Positions 29,303 through 38,150 of a DNA stretch of 38,705 nucleotides are shown in pieces. The stretch covers positions 1 to 38,705 of the forward strand of contig JADGOA010000001.1 in assembly GCA_017883215.1 (NCBI GenBank). Reading direction: 5' to 3'. The DNA comes from Thermoanaerobaculia bacterium. GTDB lineage: Bacteria; Acidobacteriota; Thermoanaerobaculia; Gp7-AA8. A program made the translations under genes and the position numbers. The notes beneath the pieces were generated by a model that saw only the letters and a list, made by a program, of their open reading frames with translations, had not been told where the DNA came from and made no database searches. Numbering within the stretch: position 1 is the stretch's first letter; every line of letters starts with the position of its first letter.

Positions 29303-30889
29303 ATGACCATTCACCGCGTTCTCGTCACCGACAGCCTCGCCGAATCGGGCCTGGAGATTCTTCGCGCCGCGCCCGACATCGATCTCGATTACCGCGCCGG
29401 CCTCAAGGGCGAGGAGCTCCTCCGCGAAATCGCCAGATCGGACGCTCTCATCACGCGCAGCGGAACGGCGGTGACGGAGAAGCTCGTCGGTGCCGGCAAC
29501 CGCCTCCGCGTGGTCGGGCGCGCCGGGGTGGGCCTCGACAACGTCGACGTCGACGCCTGCACGGCGCGCGGCATCCTCGTCATCAACGCGCCGACAGCGA
29601 ACATCATGTCCGCGACCGAGCACACCATGGCCATGCTGCTCTCGCTGTGCCGGAACATCCCCGAGGCCGATGCCAGCGTCAAGCGGGGTGAGTGGATCCG
29701 TTCGAAATTCATGGGAACCGAGCTGAACGGAAAAGTCCTCGGCATCATCGGCCTGGGGCGCATCGGAACGCGCGTCACCGTTCGCGCCCGGGCCTTCGGC
29801 ATGCGGGTGATCGCCTATGACCCTTACGTCGCCGACACCGTCTACGAGCGCGTGAGCGCGGAGAAGGTTTCTCTCGACCAGCTGCTGGCGCAGGCTGACG
29901 TCATCACCGTCCACACACCGTTGACCGATGAAACGCGCGGCATGATCGGCGCGAAAGAGATCGCGAAGACCAGAGACGGAGTGGTTTTCGTCAACTGCGC
30001 TCGCGGCGGCATATTCGAGGAACAGGCGCTCGCCGACGCGCTGAATTCCGGCAAGGCCGCGGGAGCGGCCATCGACGTCTACGCCGACGAGCCTCCCGGA
30101 AAAGCGAACCCGCTCGTGTCGGCGAAGAACATCGTCCTCTCGCCTCACATCGGCGCGAACACGATCGAGGCGCAGGACCGAGTCGCGGTGCAGACGGCCG
30201 AAATGGTCATCGAAGCGCTTCGCGGCTCGATTTTCGTCTCCGCCGTGAATCTTCCCTTCGAAGGAACCGCAGAAGCCGAGACGGCGCCGCTGATCAATCT
30301 GGCGGAGAAGCTCGGGTTGTTCACCGCGCAGGTGATCACAGGTGCCGTCACCCGGACGGCCATCGAGTTGTGGGGCATCGAAGACCGCTTGACGAAGATC
30401 CTCTCCATCGCGGCGCTCAAGGGTCTCCTCACTCCGATTCTGTCGACGTCGGTGAATTTCGTGAACGCCGAGCAGATCGCCGACCAGCGCGGCATCGCCA
30501 TCTCCTCGACGACTCATCCCACGCCCCGCGACTACAACAACCTGATCACGTTTCGCGCATCGACCGAGCACGAAGAGTTCTGCATCTCCGGGACCGTCTT
30601 CAGCGAGAAGAACCAGCGCATCGTGTCGGTGAACGACTTCCGCGTCGAGTTCGAGCCGAAGGGCAACATGATCTACGCCATCAACAGGGACGTTCCCGGA
30701 GTGGTCGGCAAGGTCGGCACGCTCCTCGGCGACCGCGAGATCAACATCGCCGATTACAACCTTGCGCGGACGTCGACCAAAGGCAAGGCCATGGCCATCA
30801 TCACCGTCGACGAGCCGCTCGACCTCGAAACGCTCAACTTCCTCCGCTCGTACCGAGAGATGGAGCAGGTCCGGCAGGTGAAGCTGTAG
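29303..30889 (+). CDS. serA: D-3-phosphoglycerate dehydrogenase (long form with ASB and ACT domains)
   Basis: VGRAGVGLDNVD, GIIGLGRIGTRV NAD motif, HTPLTDETRGMI, NCARGG, SPHIGANT. C-terminal ACT-like NRDVPGVVGKVGTLLGDREINIA. Confidence 0.93.
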   Translation: MTIHRVLVTDSLAESGLEILRAAPDIDLDYRAGLKGEELLREIARSDALITRSGTAVTEKLVGAGNRLRVVGRAGVGLDNVDVDACTARGILVINAPTANIMSATEHTMAMLLSLCRNIPEADASVKRGEWIRSKFMGTELNGKVLGIIGLGRIGTRVTVRARAFGMRVIAYDPYVADTVYERVSAEKVSLDQLLAQADVITVHTPLTDETRGMIGAKEIAKTRDGVVFVNCARGGIFEEQALADALNSGKAAGAAIDVYADEPPGKANPLVSAKNIVLSPHIGANTIEAQDRVAVQTAEMVIEALRGSIFVSAVNLPFEGTAEAETAPLINLAEKLGLFTAQVITGAVTRTAIELWGIEDRLTKILSIAALKGLLTPILSTSVNFVNAEQIADQRGIAISSTTHPTPRDYNNLITFRASTEHEEFCISGTVFSEKNQRIVSVNDFRVEFEPKGNMIYAINRDVPGVVGKVGTLLGDREINIADYNLARTSTKGKAMAIITVDEPLDLETLNFLRSYREMEQVRQVKL

Positions 30890-30927
30890 CCTGTTAGGGC
30901 GCTCTCCCGTTACAATCAACCTCCTGA

Positions 30928-31914
30928 ATGCAATATCGCACTCTCGGCAATACCGGCATCAGGGTCAGCGAGATCGGGTTCGGCGCCTGGGCCATCGGCG
31001 GAACCGCCGACGCCTCCGGCGCGCCGTTAGGCTGGGGTCGCACGAGCGACGAGGACTCGCTCGCCGCCATCCGCACTGCGCGCGATCTCGGCGTGAACTT
31101 CTTTGATACGGCCGACAGCTACGGCTTCGGCCGTAGCGAGTCGCTCCTCGGCATCGTGCTCTCGCGATTCCGCAGCGACATCGTCATCGCCACGAAAGTC
31201 GGCGTCACTCGCACCTCCGACGGTGCCTTGCAGAAGAATTTCTCCAAGCAGCACATCTTCCACGCCGTCGACGGCTCTCTCAAACGCCTGCGAACCGATT
31301 ACATCGATCTGTACCAGGTGCACAATCCGACCATCGCCGACCTGCAGCGCGAAGAGATCCAGGAGGCCATGGAGCGCCTCCAGGAGATCGGCAAGATCCG
31401 CTACTGGGGTGTCTCGGTGTCGAGTGTGGAGGAGGGCATCGAGGTCATCAACCGCGGCTGGGGCCACGCTCTGCAGGTCCTCTATAACGTGCTGAACCAG
31501 GCCCCGGCGGCGGAGCTGTTTCCGCTGGCCAGACAGAAGGGCTACGGCATCATCGCCCGGGTGCCTCTGGCATCCGGTCTGCTGAGCGGGAAGTTCCGGA
31601 CCGATAGCGTGTTCGCGGCGGACGACGTGCGCCAGAACTTCCTCACCCCGAAGCGGCTCGCCGAAGCCATCCCACGCGTGGACGAAGTGAAGGCCATCAT
31701 CGGCGGCTCGACCCGTTTGCTGGCTCAGGGGGCGCTCGGCTTCGTCCTCGCCGACGAGGCCGTGTCGACGACGATTCCGGGCGCACGCAACGCGCGGCAG
31801 GTAGAGATCAATGTCGGCGCCTCCGAGGTCGTGTTGCCGGCCGACGTCGTGGAGCGCCTGCGAAAACGTCTGGGCGACTATAACTTCTACCAGAAGCATT
31901 CGATCCGGATCTGA
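30928..31914 (+). CDS. Aldo/keto reductase family oxidoreductase
   Basis: LGNTGIRVSEIGFGAW, NFFDTADSYG, IDLYQVHNP, IPGARNARQVEIN. Confidence 0.9.
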   Translation: MQYRTLGNTGIRVSEIGFGAWAIGGTADASGAPLGWGRTSDEDSLAAIRTARDLGVNFFDTADSYGFGRSESLLGIVLSRFRSDIVIATKVGVTRTSDGALQKNFSKQHIFHAVDGSLKRLRTDYIDLYQVHNPTIADLQREEIQEAMERLQEIGKIRYWGVSVSSVEEGIEVINRGWGHALQVLYNVLNQAPAAELFPLARQKGYGIIARVPLASGLLSGKFRTDSVFAADDVRQNFLTPKRLAEAIPRVDEVKAIIGGSTRLLAQGALGFVLADEAVSTTIPGARNARQVEINVGASEVVLPADVVERLRKRLGDYNFYQKHSIRI

Positions 31915-31935
31915 GCGTTTTCGGTGATGAACCTG

Positions 31936-32019
31936 GTAGGGACGCGCAGCAGCGCGTCCGCAACTCTCGTCGGCCCTCCCGCCCACCGGAGCTGCGGGCG
32001 CGCTGCTGCGCGCCCCTAC
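31936..32019 (+). repeat. Twin-hairpin element J (two mutually complementary 8-bp/tetraloop hairpins 36 nt apart)
   Basis: GTAG-GGACGCGC-AGCA-GCGCGTCC (31936-31959) and GGGCGCGC-TGCT-GCGCGCCC-CTAC (31996-32019). The arms are reverse complements except for one compensated base pair. Confidence 0.85.
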
Positions 32020-32138
32020 ATTCGCATTGCGGGGGATTCCTCGCCGCGCTCCACCCCTCCGGGGTTCCGCCAGCTCGGAATGACAGCGTCGGCCAGCTGT
32101 CGGAGTAATCGGCCCATCCGCTGCGTTTTGGTTTCGTC

Positions 32139-34880
32139 ATGCCGGCGAAAACGATCGTCATCCGTGGGGCTCGCACCCACAACCTGAAGAACGTCACGGT
32201 CGAGATCCCGCAGCGGCAGCTGACGGTGATCAGCGGGCCGTCGGGTTCCGGCAAGTCGTCTCTGGCCTTCAATACTCTCTACGCCGAGGGGCAACGGCGT
32301 TTCGTCGAGTCGATGTCGACGTATGTGAGGCAGTTCCTGGAGCGGATCGACCGGCCTGACGTGGACGAGATCGAAGGCATCCTCCCGGCCATTGCCATCG
32401 AACAGAAGAACTCGGTGAAGAACGCCCGCTCTACGGTCGCGACCGCCACCGAGCTTGCCGACCACCTCCGCCTTTTCATGACCTATTGCGGCGAGACCTG
32501 GTGCCCCGACTGCGGGGTGCTCGTGCGGAAAGAGTCGCCGCAGTCGATCACCAGCGAAATCGTCGCTTCGCTGGGCGGCAAACGCGTGGTCGTCCTGGCG
32601 CCGATCTTCTTCGAAGTGGAAAACCGCAACGAGGTCTTCAAGCAGCTGATCAAAGCGGGTTTCTATCGCGCCTGGATCAACGGCCAGACCGTCGACATCA
32701 AGGAGGCTGACACCAGCTCCTTCACCTCGCTCGAGCTCGTCATCACGCGCCTTCGCGTCGATGGCGAGCGGCTCTCGCAGATCACCGAGGCCATCGAGCA
32801 GGCCTTCGAGATCGCCAAGGGGACGGTGAACATCCTCGAGGAGTCGGAGGAGGGATGGATCAGCCATCGCTTCACCTCGCGATTCGCCTGCAACCGGTGC
32901 GGCACCGAGTTCATCGAGCCGACGCCGCATCTCTTCTCCTTCAACTCGCCCCTGGGAGCCTGCACGACCTGCCAGGGCTACGGACGCGTCATCGGCATCG
33001 ACATGGAGAAGGTCATTCCCAACCGCGACCTTCGCCTCGACGAGCTGCCGGTGGCGCCGTGGAACTCGCCGGGATACGAGGACTGCTACGAGGACCTCCA
33101 GAAGGCGTCGAAGAAATACGGTCTGCGGCTCGACGTCCCGGTGAAGGAGCTTTCGAAGTCGGAGTGGGACCTTCTCTACAACGGCCGCTCCAAGTGGTAC
33201 GGCATCAAGGGCTTCTTCGAATGGCTGGAGACGAAGAAATACAAGATTCACGTCCGTGTGAAGCTCGCCAAATACCGCAGCTACGACTCCTGTCCGCAGT
33301 GCCACGGATCGCGGCTGAAGACCGCCGCCTCGAACGTGAAGTTCCGCGACCTGCAGATCGGCGATCTGTTCGCCATGAACGTGAAGACCGCCCGCCGCTT
33401 CTGGGAGTATCTCCCGCTGTCGAAGCAGGAAGAAGCGATGGCCGGCCATCTGCGGCGGGAGATAGTCAATAGGTTGACATACCTCGACGAGGTGGGGCTG
33501 TCGTATCTCACTCTCGACCGCCAGACCCGGACGCTCTCGGGCGGTGAGTCGCAGCGCATCAACCTCGCCGCGGCCCTGGGCGGCTCCCTCACCGAGACGA
33601 TGTACGTCATCGACGAACCGACCGTCGGGCTTCACGCGCGCGACAGCGAGCGGCTGCTGGCCGTCCTTCGCCGGCTGCGCAACGCTGCAAACACCGTCAT
33701 CGTCGTGGAACACGATCCGACGATCATCGCCGGCGCCGATCACCTCCTCGAGCTCGGGCCGGGCGCCGGCGAGTACGGCGGCCGCCTCATGTATGCCGGT
33801 CCGCCGCGCCCGGCGAGCAACGACGAGACCGCCGAGTACGAGCGCGATCTCCGCACGGACGCCGGCCAGATCACCGTCCGCGGCGCGCGCGAGCACAACC
33901 TCCAGGACGTGAGCGTGTCGATTCCACTCGGGAAGCTCGTGGCCGTCACCGGCGTCTCCGGCTCCGGCAAGTCGACGCTCATCCGCAACTGCCTCTACAA
34001 CCGTTATCAGCGCGACATGCGCGGCATGACCGGCCTCGACGTCGGGCAGATCCAGGCCCTCGAAGGGACGAACTACATCTACGACATGCAACTCGTCGAT
34101 CAGTCGCCGATCGGCCGCTCGTCGCGCTCCAATCCCGCCACGTACATCAAAGCGTGGGACGAGATCCGCAAGCTTCTGGCCGCCACGACGGGGGCGAAGC
34201 TGAACGGCGTGACCGCCGGCATGTTCTCCTTCAACACGGTAGGCGGCCGCTGCGAGACCTGCAAGGGGGCCGGGACCGTCACCATCGACATGCAGTTCCT
34301 CGCCGACGTGACGGTCGTGTGCGACAAGTGCGGCGGCCGGCGGTTCGGCGAGCAGGTGATGAAGGTCAAGTACAAGGGGAAGGACGTCAATCAGATCCTC
34401 GACCTGACCGTGGACGAGGCGATGCGGTTCTTTGTCGACAAGCGCGCGGTCATGAGAAAGCTCGTGCCTCTCCGTTCGGTGGGACTGGGTTACCTTCGGC
34501 TCGGGCAGTCGACGGACTCGCTTTCGGGCGGGGAGGCGCAGCGGCTCAAGCTGGCCTCGTTCCTGGCCGAGGGGAGCAAGGCCGAGCAGGGCCGCCTGTT
34601 CCTCTTCGACGAGCCGACCACGGGCCTCCACTCGTCGGACGTGAAGCAGCTCATCGCCACATTCAGGGATCTGATCGACCGCGGCAACTCGGTCGTCGTG
34701 ATCGAGCACAACGTGCAGCTGATCGAAGCGGCGGACTACGTGATCGACCTCGGTCCCGAGGGAGGCGATCAGGGCGGGCAGGTCATGGCGGTCGGCACGC
34801 CCGAGGAGATCGCTGAGAATCCCGCGAGCATCACGGGGCGATATCTGTTCGCAGCGAAAAGATCCGCGGCCGTGGCGTGA
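32139..34880 (+). CDS. uvrA: UvrA-family ABC ATPase (excinuclease ABC subunit A or a divergent paralogue)
   Basis: GARTHNLKN, GPSGSGKSSLAFNTLYAEGQRRFVES, Cys modules (CPDCG, CNRCG, CTTCQG, CPQCHG, CETCKG, CDKCGG), two LSGGE signatures, and a second P-loop GVSGSGKSTL. Confidence 0.85.
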   Translation: MPAKTIVIRGARTHNLKNVTVEIPQRQLTVISGPSGSGKSSLAFNTLYAEGQRRFVESMSTYVRQFLERIDRPDVDEIEGILPAIAIEQKNSVKNARSTVATATELADHLRLFMTYCGETWCPDCGVLVRKESPQSITSEIVASLGGKRVVVLAPIFFEVENRNEVFKQLIKAGFYRAWINGQTVDIKEADTSSFTSLELVITRLRVDGERLSQITEAIEQAFEIAKGTVNILEESEEGWISHRFTSRFACNRCGTEFIEPTPHLFSFNSPLGACTTCQGYGRVIGIDMEKVIPNRDLRLDELPVAPWNSPGYEDCYEDLQKASKKYGLRLDVPVKELSKSEWDLLYNGRSKWYGIKGFFEWLETKKYKIHVRVKLAKYRSYDSCPQCHGSRLKTAASNVKFRDLQIGDLFAMNVKTARRFWEYLPLSKQEEAMAGHLRREIVNRLTYLDEVGLSYLTLDRQTRTLSGGESQRINLAAALGGSLTETMYVIDEPTVGLHARDSERLLAVLRRLRNAANTVIVVEHDPTIIAGADHLLELGPGAGEYGGRLMYAGPPRPASNDETAEYERDLRTDAGQITVRGAREHNLQDVSVSIPLGKLVAVTGVSGSGKSTLIRNCLYNRYQRDMRGMTGLDVGQIQALEGTNYIYDMQLVDQSPIGRSSRSNPATYIKAWDEIRKLLAATTGAKLNGVTAGMFSFNTVGGRCETCKGAGTVTIDMQFLADVTVVCDKCGGRRFGEQVMKVKYKGKDVNQILDLTVDEAMRFFVDKRAVMRKLVPLRSVGLGYLRLGQSTDSLSGGEAQRLKLASFLAEGSKAEQGRLFLFDEPTTGLHSSDVKQLIATFRDLIDRGNSVVVIEHNVQLIEAADYVIDLGPEGGDQGGQVMAVGTPEEIAENPASITGRYLFAAKRSAAVA

Positions 34881-34895
34881 GGTTGAGCCAAGCGC

Positions 34896-35447
34896 TCACA
34901 ATGCGCTTGCCACCAGATGGGCGACGCGCAGCGGCTCGGGGTAGAAGCCGTTGATGGCAAAGCGGCCGATGATCAGCGCCGCGTCGGCGGCTGTCGGTCC
35001 GACGCGCTGGACGTAGACCCCGCCCACCTTCTCCATCGCACCGAGCTTCTCGATGATCCGCCACTTGCGCGCGCCACCGCGGACGCGCGAGTAGAGGGCA
35101 TCGCGTATGGCAGCGAAGTCGGGGCGCTTTCTCGCCACGACGAGTACCGGCAGCCGCGTCGCCTCATGCAACGCGAAGACGTCGACGACGTTGAACCCGG
35201 CCACCGCGATCCCCTGGAGCATGATCAGCTGAAGATGCTCGACGAAGCGCGAGCCTGCGATCATCGCCGTCATCGTCCGGGCGGCATTGACGCCGTCGCG
35301 GCGCACCCTCCCGCGCAGCACCCCGTCGAGCCGTGAACCCGCGAAGACAATGCCGACCAGAGGCACGTCACCGCGATGCGAGCGCGCGAACGGCGCATCG
35401 TCGAACGCGATCACGTGCGAGAACCGCCGCAGCCGCGGATCTGTCAT
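34896..35447 (-). CDS. DUF99 / UPF0215 family protein (endonuclease V-like fold)
   Basis: VIAFDDAPF, PLVGIVFAGSRLDGVL, LQLIMLQGIAVAGFNVVDV, LPVLVV. This matches my recollection of the mainly archaeal DUF99 family. Confidence 0.72.
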   Translation of the reverse strand: MTDPRLRRFSHVIAFDDAPFARSHRGDVPLVGIVFAGSRLDGVLRGRVRRDGVNAARTMTAMIAGSRFVEHLQLIMLQGIAVAGFNVVDVFALHEATRLPVLVVARKRPDFAAIRDALYSRVRGGARKWRIIEKLGAMEKVGGVYVQRVGPTAADAALIIGRFAINGFYPEPLRVAHLVASAL

Positions 35448-35582
35448 CGTTTACAACAGTAGCGCAGGAGTAGCGGGACCGCCGCCTCCCAGGCGGCCGG
35501 CCCGGCAGCTCCCAGCTGCCGCGCGGGCCTGGAGCCCGCGCCCTGGCCGGCAACGAGCCGGCGCTCCCGCGTTCCATCATCT

Positions 35583-35612
35583 TTCATCCTGAACACTTTG
35601 CCGGACTACAAT
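35583..35612 (+). promoter_or_regulatory. Candidate promoter TTCATC-18 nt-TACAAT upstream of the OPT transporter
   Basis: TTCATC at 35583-35588 and TACAAT at 35607-35612. ATG 35675 is preceded by an AAGGAGA RBS. Confidence 0.35.
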
Positions 35613-35674
35613 GGCCCACCATTTTTGCACGCCGCGCCGCGGCTGCGCACATCAGACGCCGTCAAGGAGACCGG

Positions 35675-38017
35675 ATGAGTTCTGTACCGCAAGGTATGCC
35701 AGACATGGTCGGTGACAAACCGATGAAAGGCATCTTCACGCCTTACATCGCAGCAAGCACCAGGATGCGCGAACTGACGATCACGCCGCTGATCATCGGC
35801 ACGATCCTCGGGATGATCTTCGGCGCCTCCTCTCTGTACCTGGTGCTGAAAGTCGGTCTGACGGTGAGCGCCTCCATCCCGGTGGCGGTCATCTCGGTCA
35901 CACTCTTCCGCATCCTGCACAAGTTCGGCGGGCGGGACGCCACCATTCTCGAGAACAACATCGTGCAGACGGCCGGGTCAGCGGGCGAATCGATCGCCTT
36001 CGGCGTCGGTGTGACGATGCCGGCCATCCTGATCCTCGGATTCGATCTCGAGTTCACGCGCGTCATGCTGGTGGCCGTCCTGGGCGGCCTGCTCGGCATC
36101 CTCATGATGATTCCGCTGCGCAGCGCGCTCATCGTCGCGCAGCACGGCGTGCTCAAGTACCCGGAAGGGACCGCGTGCGCCGAGGTCCTGAAGGCAGGCG
36201 CGTCGCCGGAATCGCGAGCAGCGGCGTCCGAGGAGGCGAAGGCGGAGCAGGCGGCTCACGGCGGGGCGGAGACCAGCGCCAAGACCATCTTCACCGGATT
36301 TGGCATCGGCCTCGTTTACCAGACGCTGATGACCGGCTTCCGGGCGTGGAAGGACGTTCCCGAGAAGGTCTTCGGAAAGCCATTCGAAGCCGCGTCCATC
36401 GCCGCGGAGATCTCGCCGGCGCTGCTCGGCGTCGGCTACATCATCGGGCTGCGCATCTCCGCCATCATGTGCGGCGGCGGCGTGCTCGCCTATCTCGTCC
36501 TCATTCCGATGATCAAGTTCTTCGGCTCGCCCATCCCGGGCATTCTCCCGCCGGGCACGATGCCGATCAGCCAGATGGGCCCCTCGCAGATCCGCGGCGC
36601 GTACGTTCTCTATATCGGCGCCGGAGCCGTGGCCGCCGGCGGCATCATCAGCGTCTTCCGTTCGCTGCCGATGATCTGGCACGGCATGAAGGGCGGCATG
36701 CGCGACGTCCGCGCGGGCGGCGTGCACGAGGAGACCGGCGAAGTGCTGCGCACCCATCGCGACCTGCCGTTGAAGGTCGTGTTGATCGGCATCATTCTCC
36801 TGATCGTTCTGATCGCCTTCGCGAACCCGCTGTATGCCGGCGGCGTCGGACCGATCCCGCGCCTGGCCGCGGCGATTCTCATCATCGTCTTCGGTTTTCT
36901 CTTCGTGACCGTGTCGTCGCGCCTGACCGGCGAGATCGGATCGTCTTCAAACCCCATCTCCGGCATGACCGTGGCCACTCTCCTGCTGACGTGCCTGATC
37001 TTCCTGATGCTCGGCTGGACGGGAAAGAACTACTACGTAACGGCGCTGTCGCTCGGCGCAATCGTCTGCATCGCGTCGTCGAATGGCGGAACGACGTCGC
37101 AGGCGTTGAAGACCGGTCACCTGCTCGGCGCCACTCCACGCGCGCAGCAGATCGCGATTCTGGTCGGCTCGATCGCTTCGGCTCTCGTCCTGGGGCCGAT
37201 CCTCCTCAGCCTCAACAACTCCGCGACGGTTTGGGTCAAGATCGATCACGCCTCGTTCAGAGCGCCGGCGAACGAGATCTCGTCGTATACCGAGACAGTG
37301 GCCGGCCGCCAGGTCGGGATCGATACCACGCCGTATCACGTCTTCCACAAAGTCGACGAGACCGGCAGCCCCGCCGGCAAGTACCTGGTCAATGCCGACG
37401 GCACGCCGGTTTACCGGATCGACCCCGGCATCAACGGCACCGTGACACAGCTCCCCGACGGCACGCACGTGACGAAGTTCGACGCGCCCAAGGCCACGCT
37501 GATGTCGTACATCATCAAAGGCATCCTCAACCGTGAGCTGCCGTGGGGACTGGTGCTCCTCGGCGTCATGATCGCGGTCGTGCTCGAGCTCGCCGGAATC
37601 CCCTCGCTGGCCTTCGCGGTCGGCGTCTATCTTCCGCTCTCCTCCTCCAGTCCAATTCTCATCGGCGGGCTGGTTCGCTGGGCGGTCGACAAGTGGATCG
37701 CCAAGAAATTCGCCGGGCGCAATCTCTCCGAAGACCAGCTCGTGGCCGAAGGCGACAAGAGCGCCGGCGTTCTGATGGCCTCCGGCTACATCGCCGGCGG
37801 CGCCATCGCCGGAATCATCATCGCTTTCCTCGCCGGCGTGCCATCGATGTCGAAGGTCAACGACTGGATCCAGAGCTTCTCGAAGGGCAATCCGGCTTTC
37901 GAGGGTCCCCATGCCGACCTTCTGTCGATGATTCCGTTCGCCATTCTCGTCATCCTGCTCTACCTGGCCGGACGCGAAGTCATCCTTGCCCATCGCCAGG
38001 AGAAACCTGCCAGCTGA
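35675..38017 (+). CDS. OPT-family oligopeptide transporter
   Basis: 780 aa with about 16 hydrophobic segments. ELTITPLIIGTILGMIFGASSLYLVLKVGLT, NIVQTAGSAGESIAF and SNPISGMTVATLL motifs are typical of the OPT superfamily. Confidence 0.85.
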   Translation: MSSVPQGMPDMVGDKPMKGIFTPYIAASTRMRELTITPLIIGTILGMIFGASSLYLVLKVGLTVSASIPVAVISVTLFRILHKFGGRDATILENNIVQTAGSAGESIAFGVGVTMPAILILGFDLEFTRVMLVAVLGGLLGILMMIPLRSALIVAQHGVLKYPEGTACAEVLKAGASPESRAAASEEAKAEQAAHGGAETSAKTIFTGFGIGLVYQTLMTGFRAWKDVPEKVFGKPFEAASIAAEISPALLGVGYIIGLRISAIMCGGGVLAYLVLIPMIKFFGSPIPGILPPGTMPISQMGPSQIRGAYVLYIGAGAVAAGGIISVFRSLPMIWHGMKGGMRDVRAGGVHEETGEVLRTHRDLPLKVVLIGIILLIVLIAFANPLYAGGVGPIPRLAAAILIIVFGFLFVTVSSRLTGEIGSSSNPISGMTVATLLLTCLIFLMLGWTGKNYYVTALSLGAIVCIASSNGGTTSQALKTGHLLGATPRAQQIAILVGSIASALVLGPILLSLNNSATVWVKIDHASFRAPANEISSYTETVAGRQVGIDTTPYHVFHKVDETGSPAGKYLVNADGTPVYRIDPGINGTVTQLPDGTHVTKFDAPKATLMSYIIKGILNRELPWGLVLLGVMIAVVLELAGIPSLAFAVGVYLPLSSSSPILIGGLVRWAVDKWIAKKFAGRNLSEDQLVAEGDKSAGVLMASGYIAGGAIAGIIIAFLAGVPSMSKVNDWIQSFSKGNPAFEGPHADLLSMIPFAILVILLYLAGREVILAHRQEKPAS

Positions 38018-38066
38018 TCCAGTTGGAGCACGGCCGTTCGGTCGCTGCTCCTGTTCGACCCCGGCG

Positions 38067-38092
38067 AAACGGCCCGCTCCGGCGGGCCGTTT
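38067..38092 (+). terminator. Intrinsic terminator hairpin (usable from either strand)
   Basis: AAACGGCCCGC-TCCG-GCGGGCCGTTT, a perfect 11-bp stem with a 4-nt loop. A-run 5' and T-run 3'. Lies 50 nt after the OPT stop. Confidence 0.7.
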
Positions 38093-38150
38093 GGCCTAAC
38101 TCCGTCATCCTGAGAGGCTGTGCAGAAATCGGATAGAAGTGAACAGCCGA

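Noticed and set aside
38101-38120. GTCATCCTGAG motif, reminiscent of a repeat seen in many soil-bacterial genomes.
   Set aside because: Single partial occurrence with no partner or structure in this window. I cannot substantiate it from memory alone.
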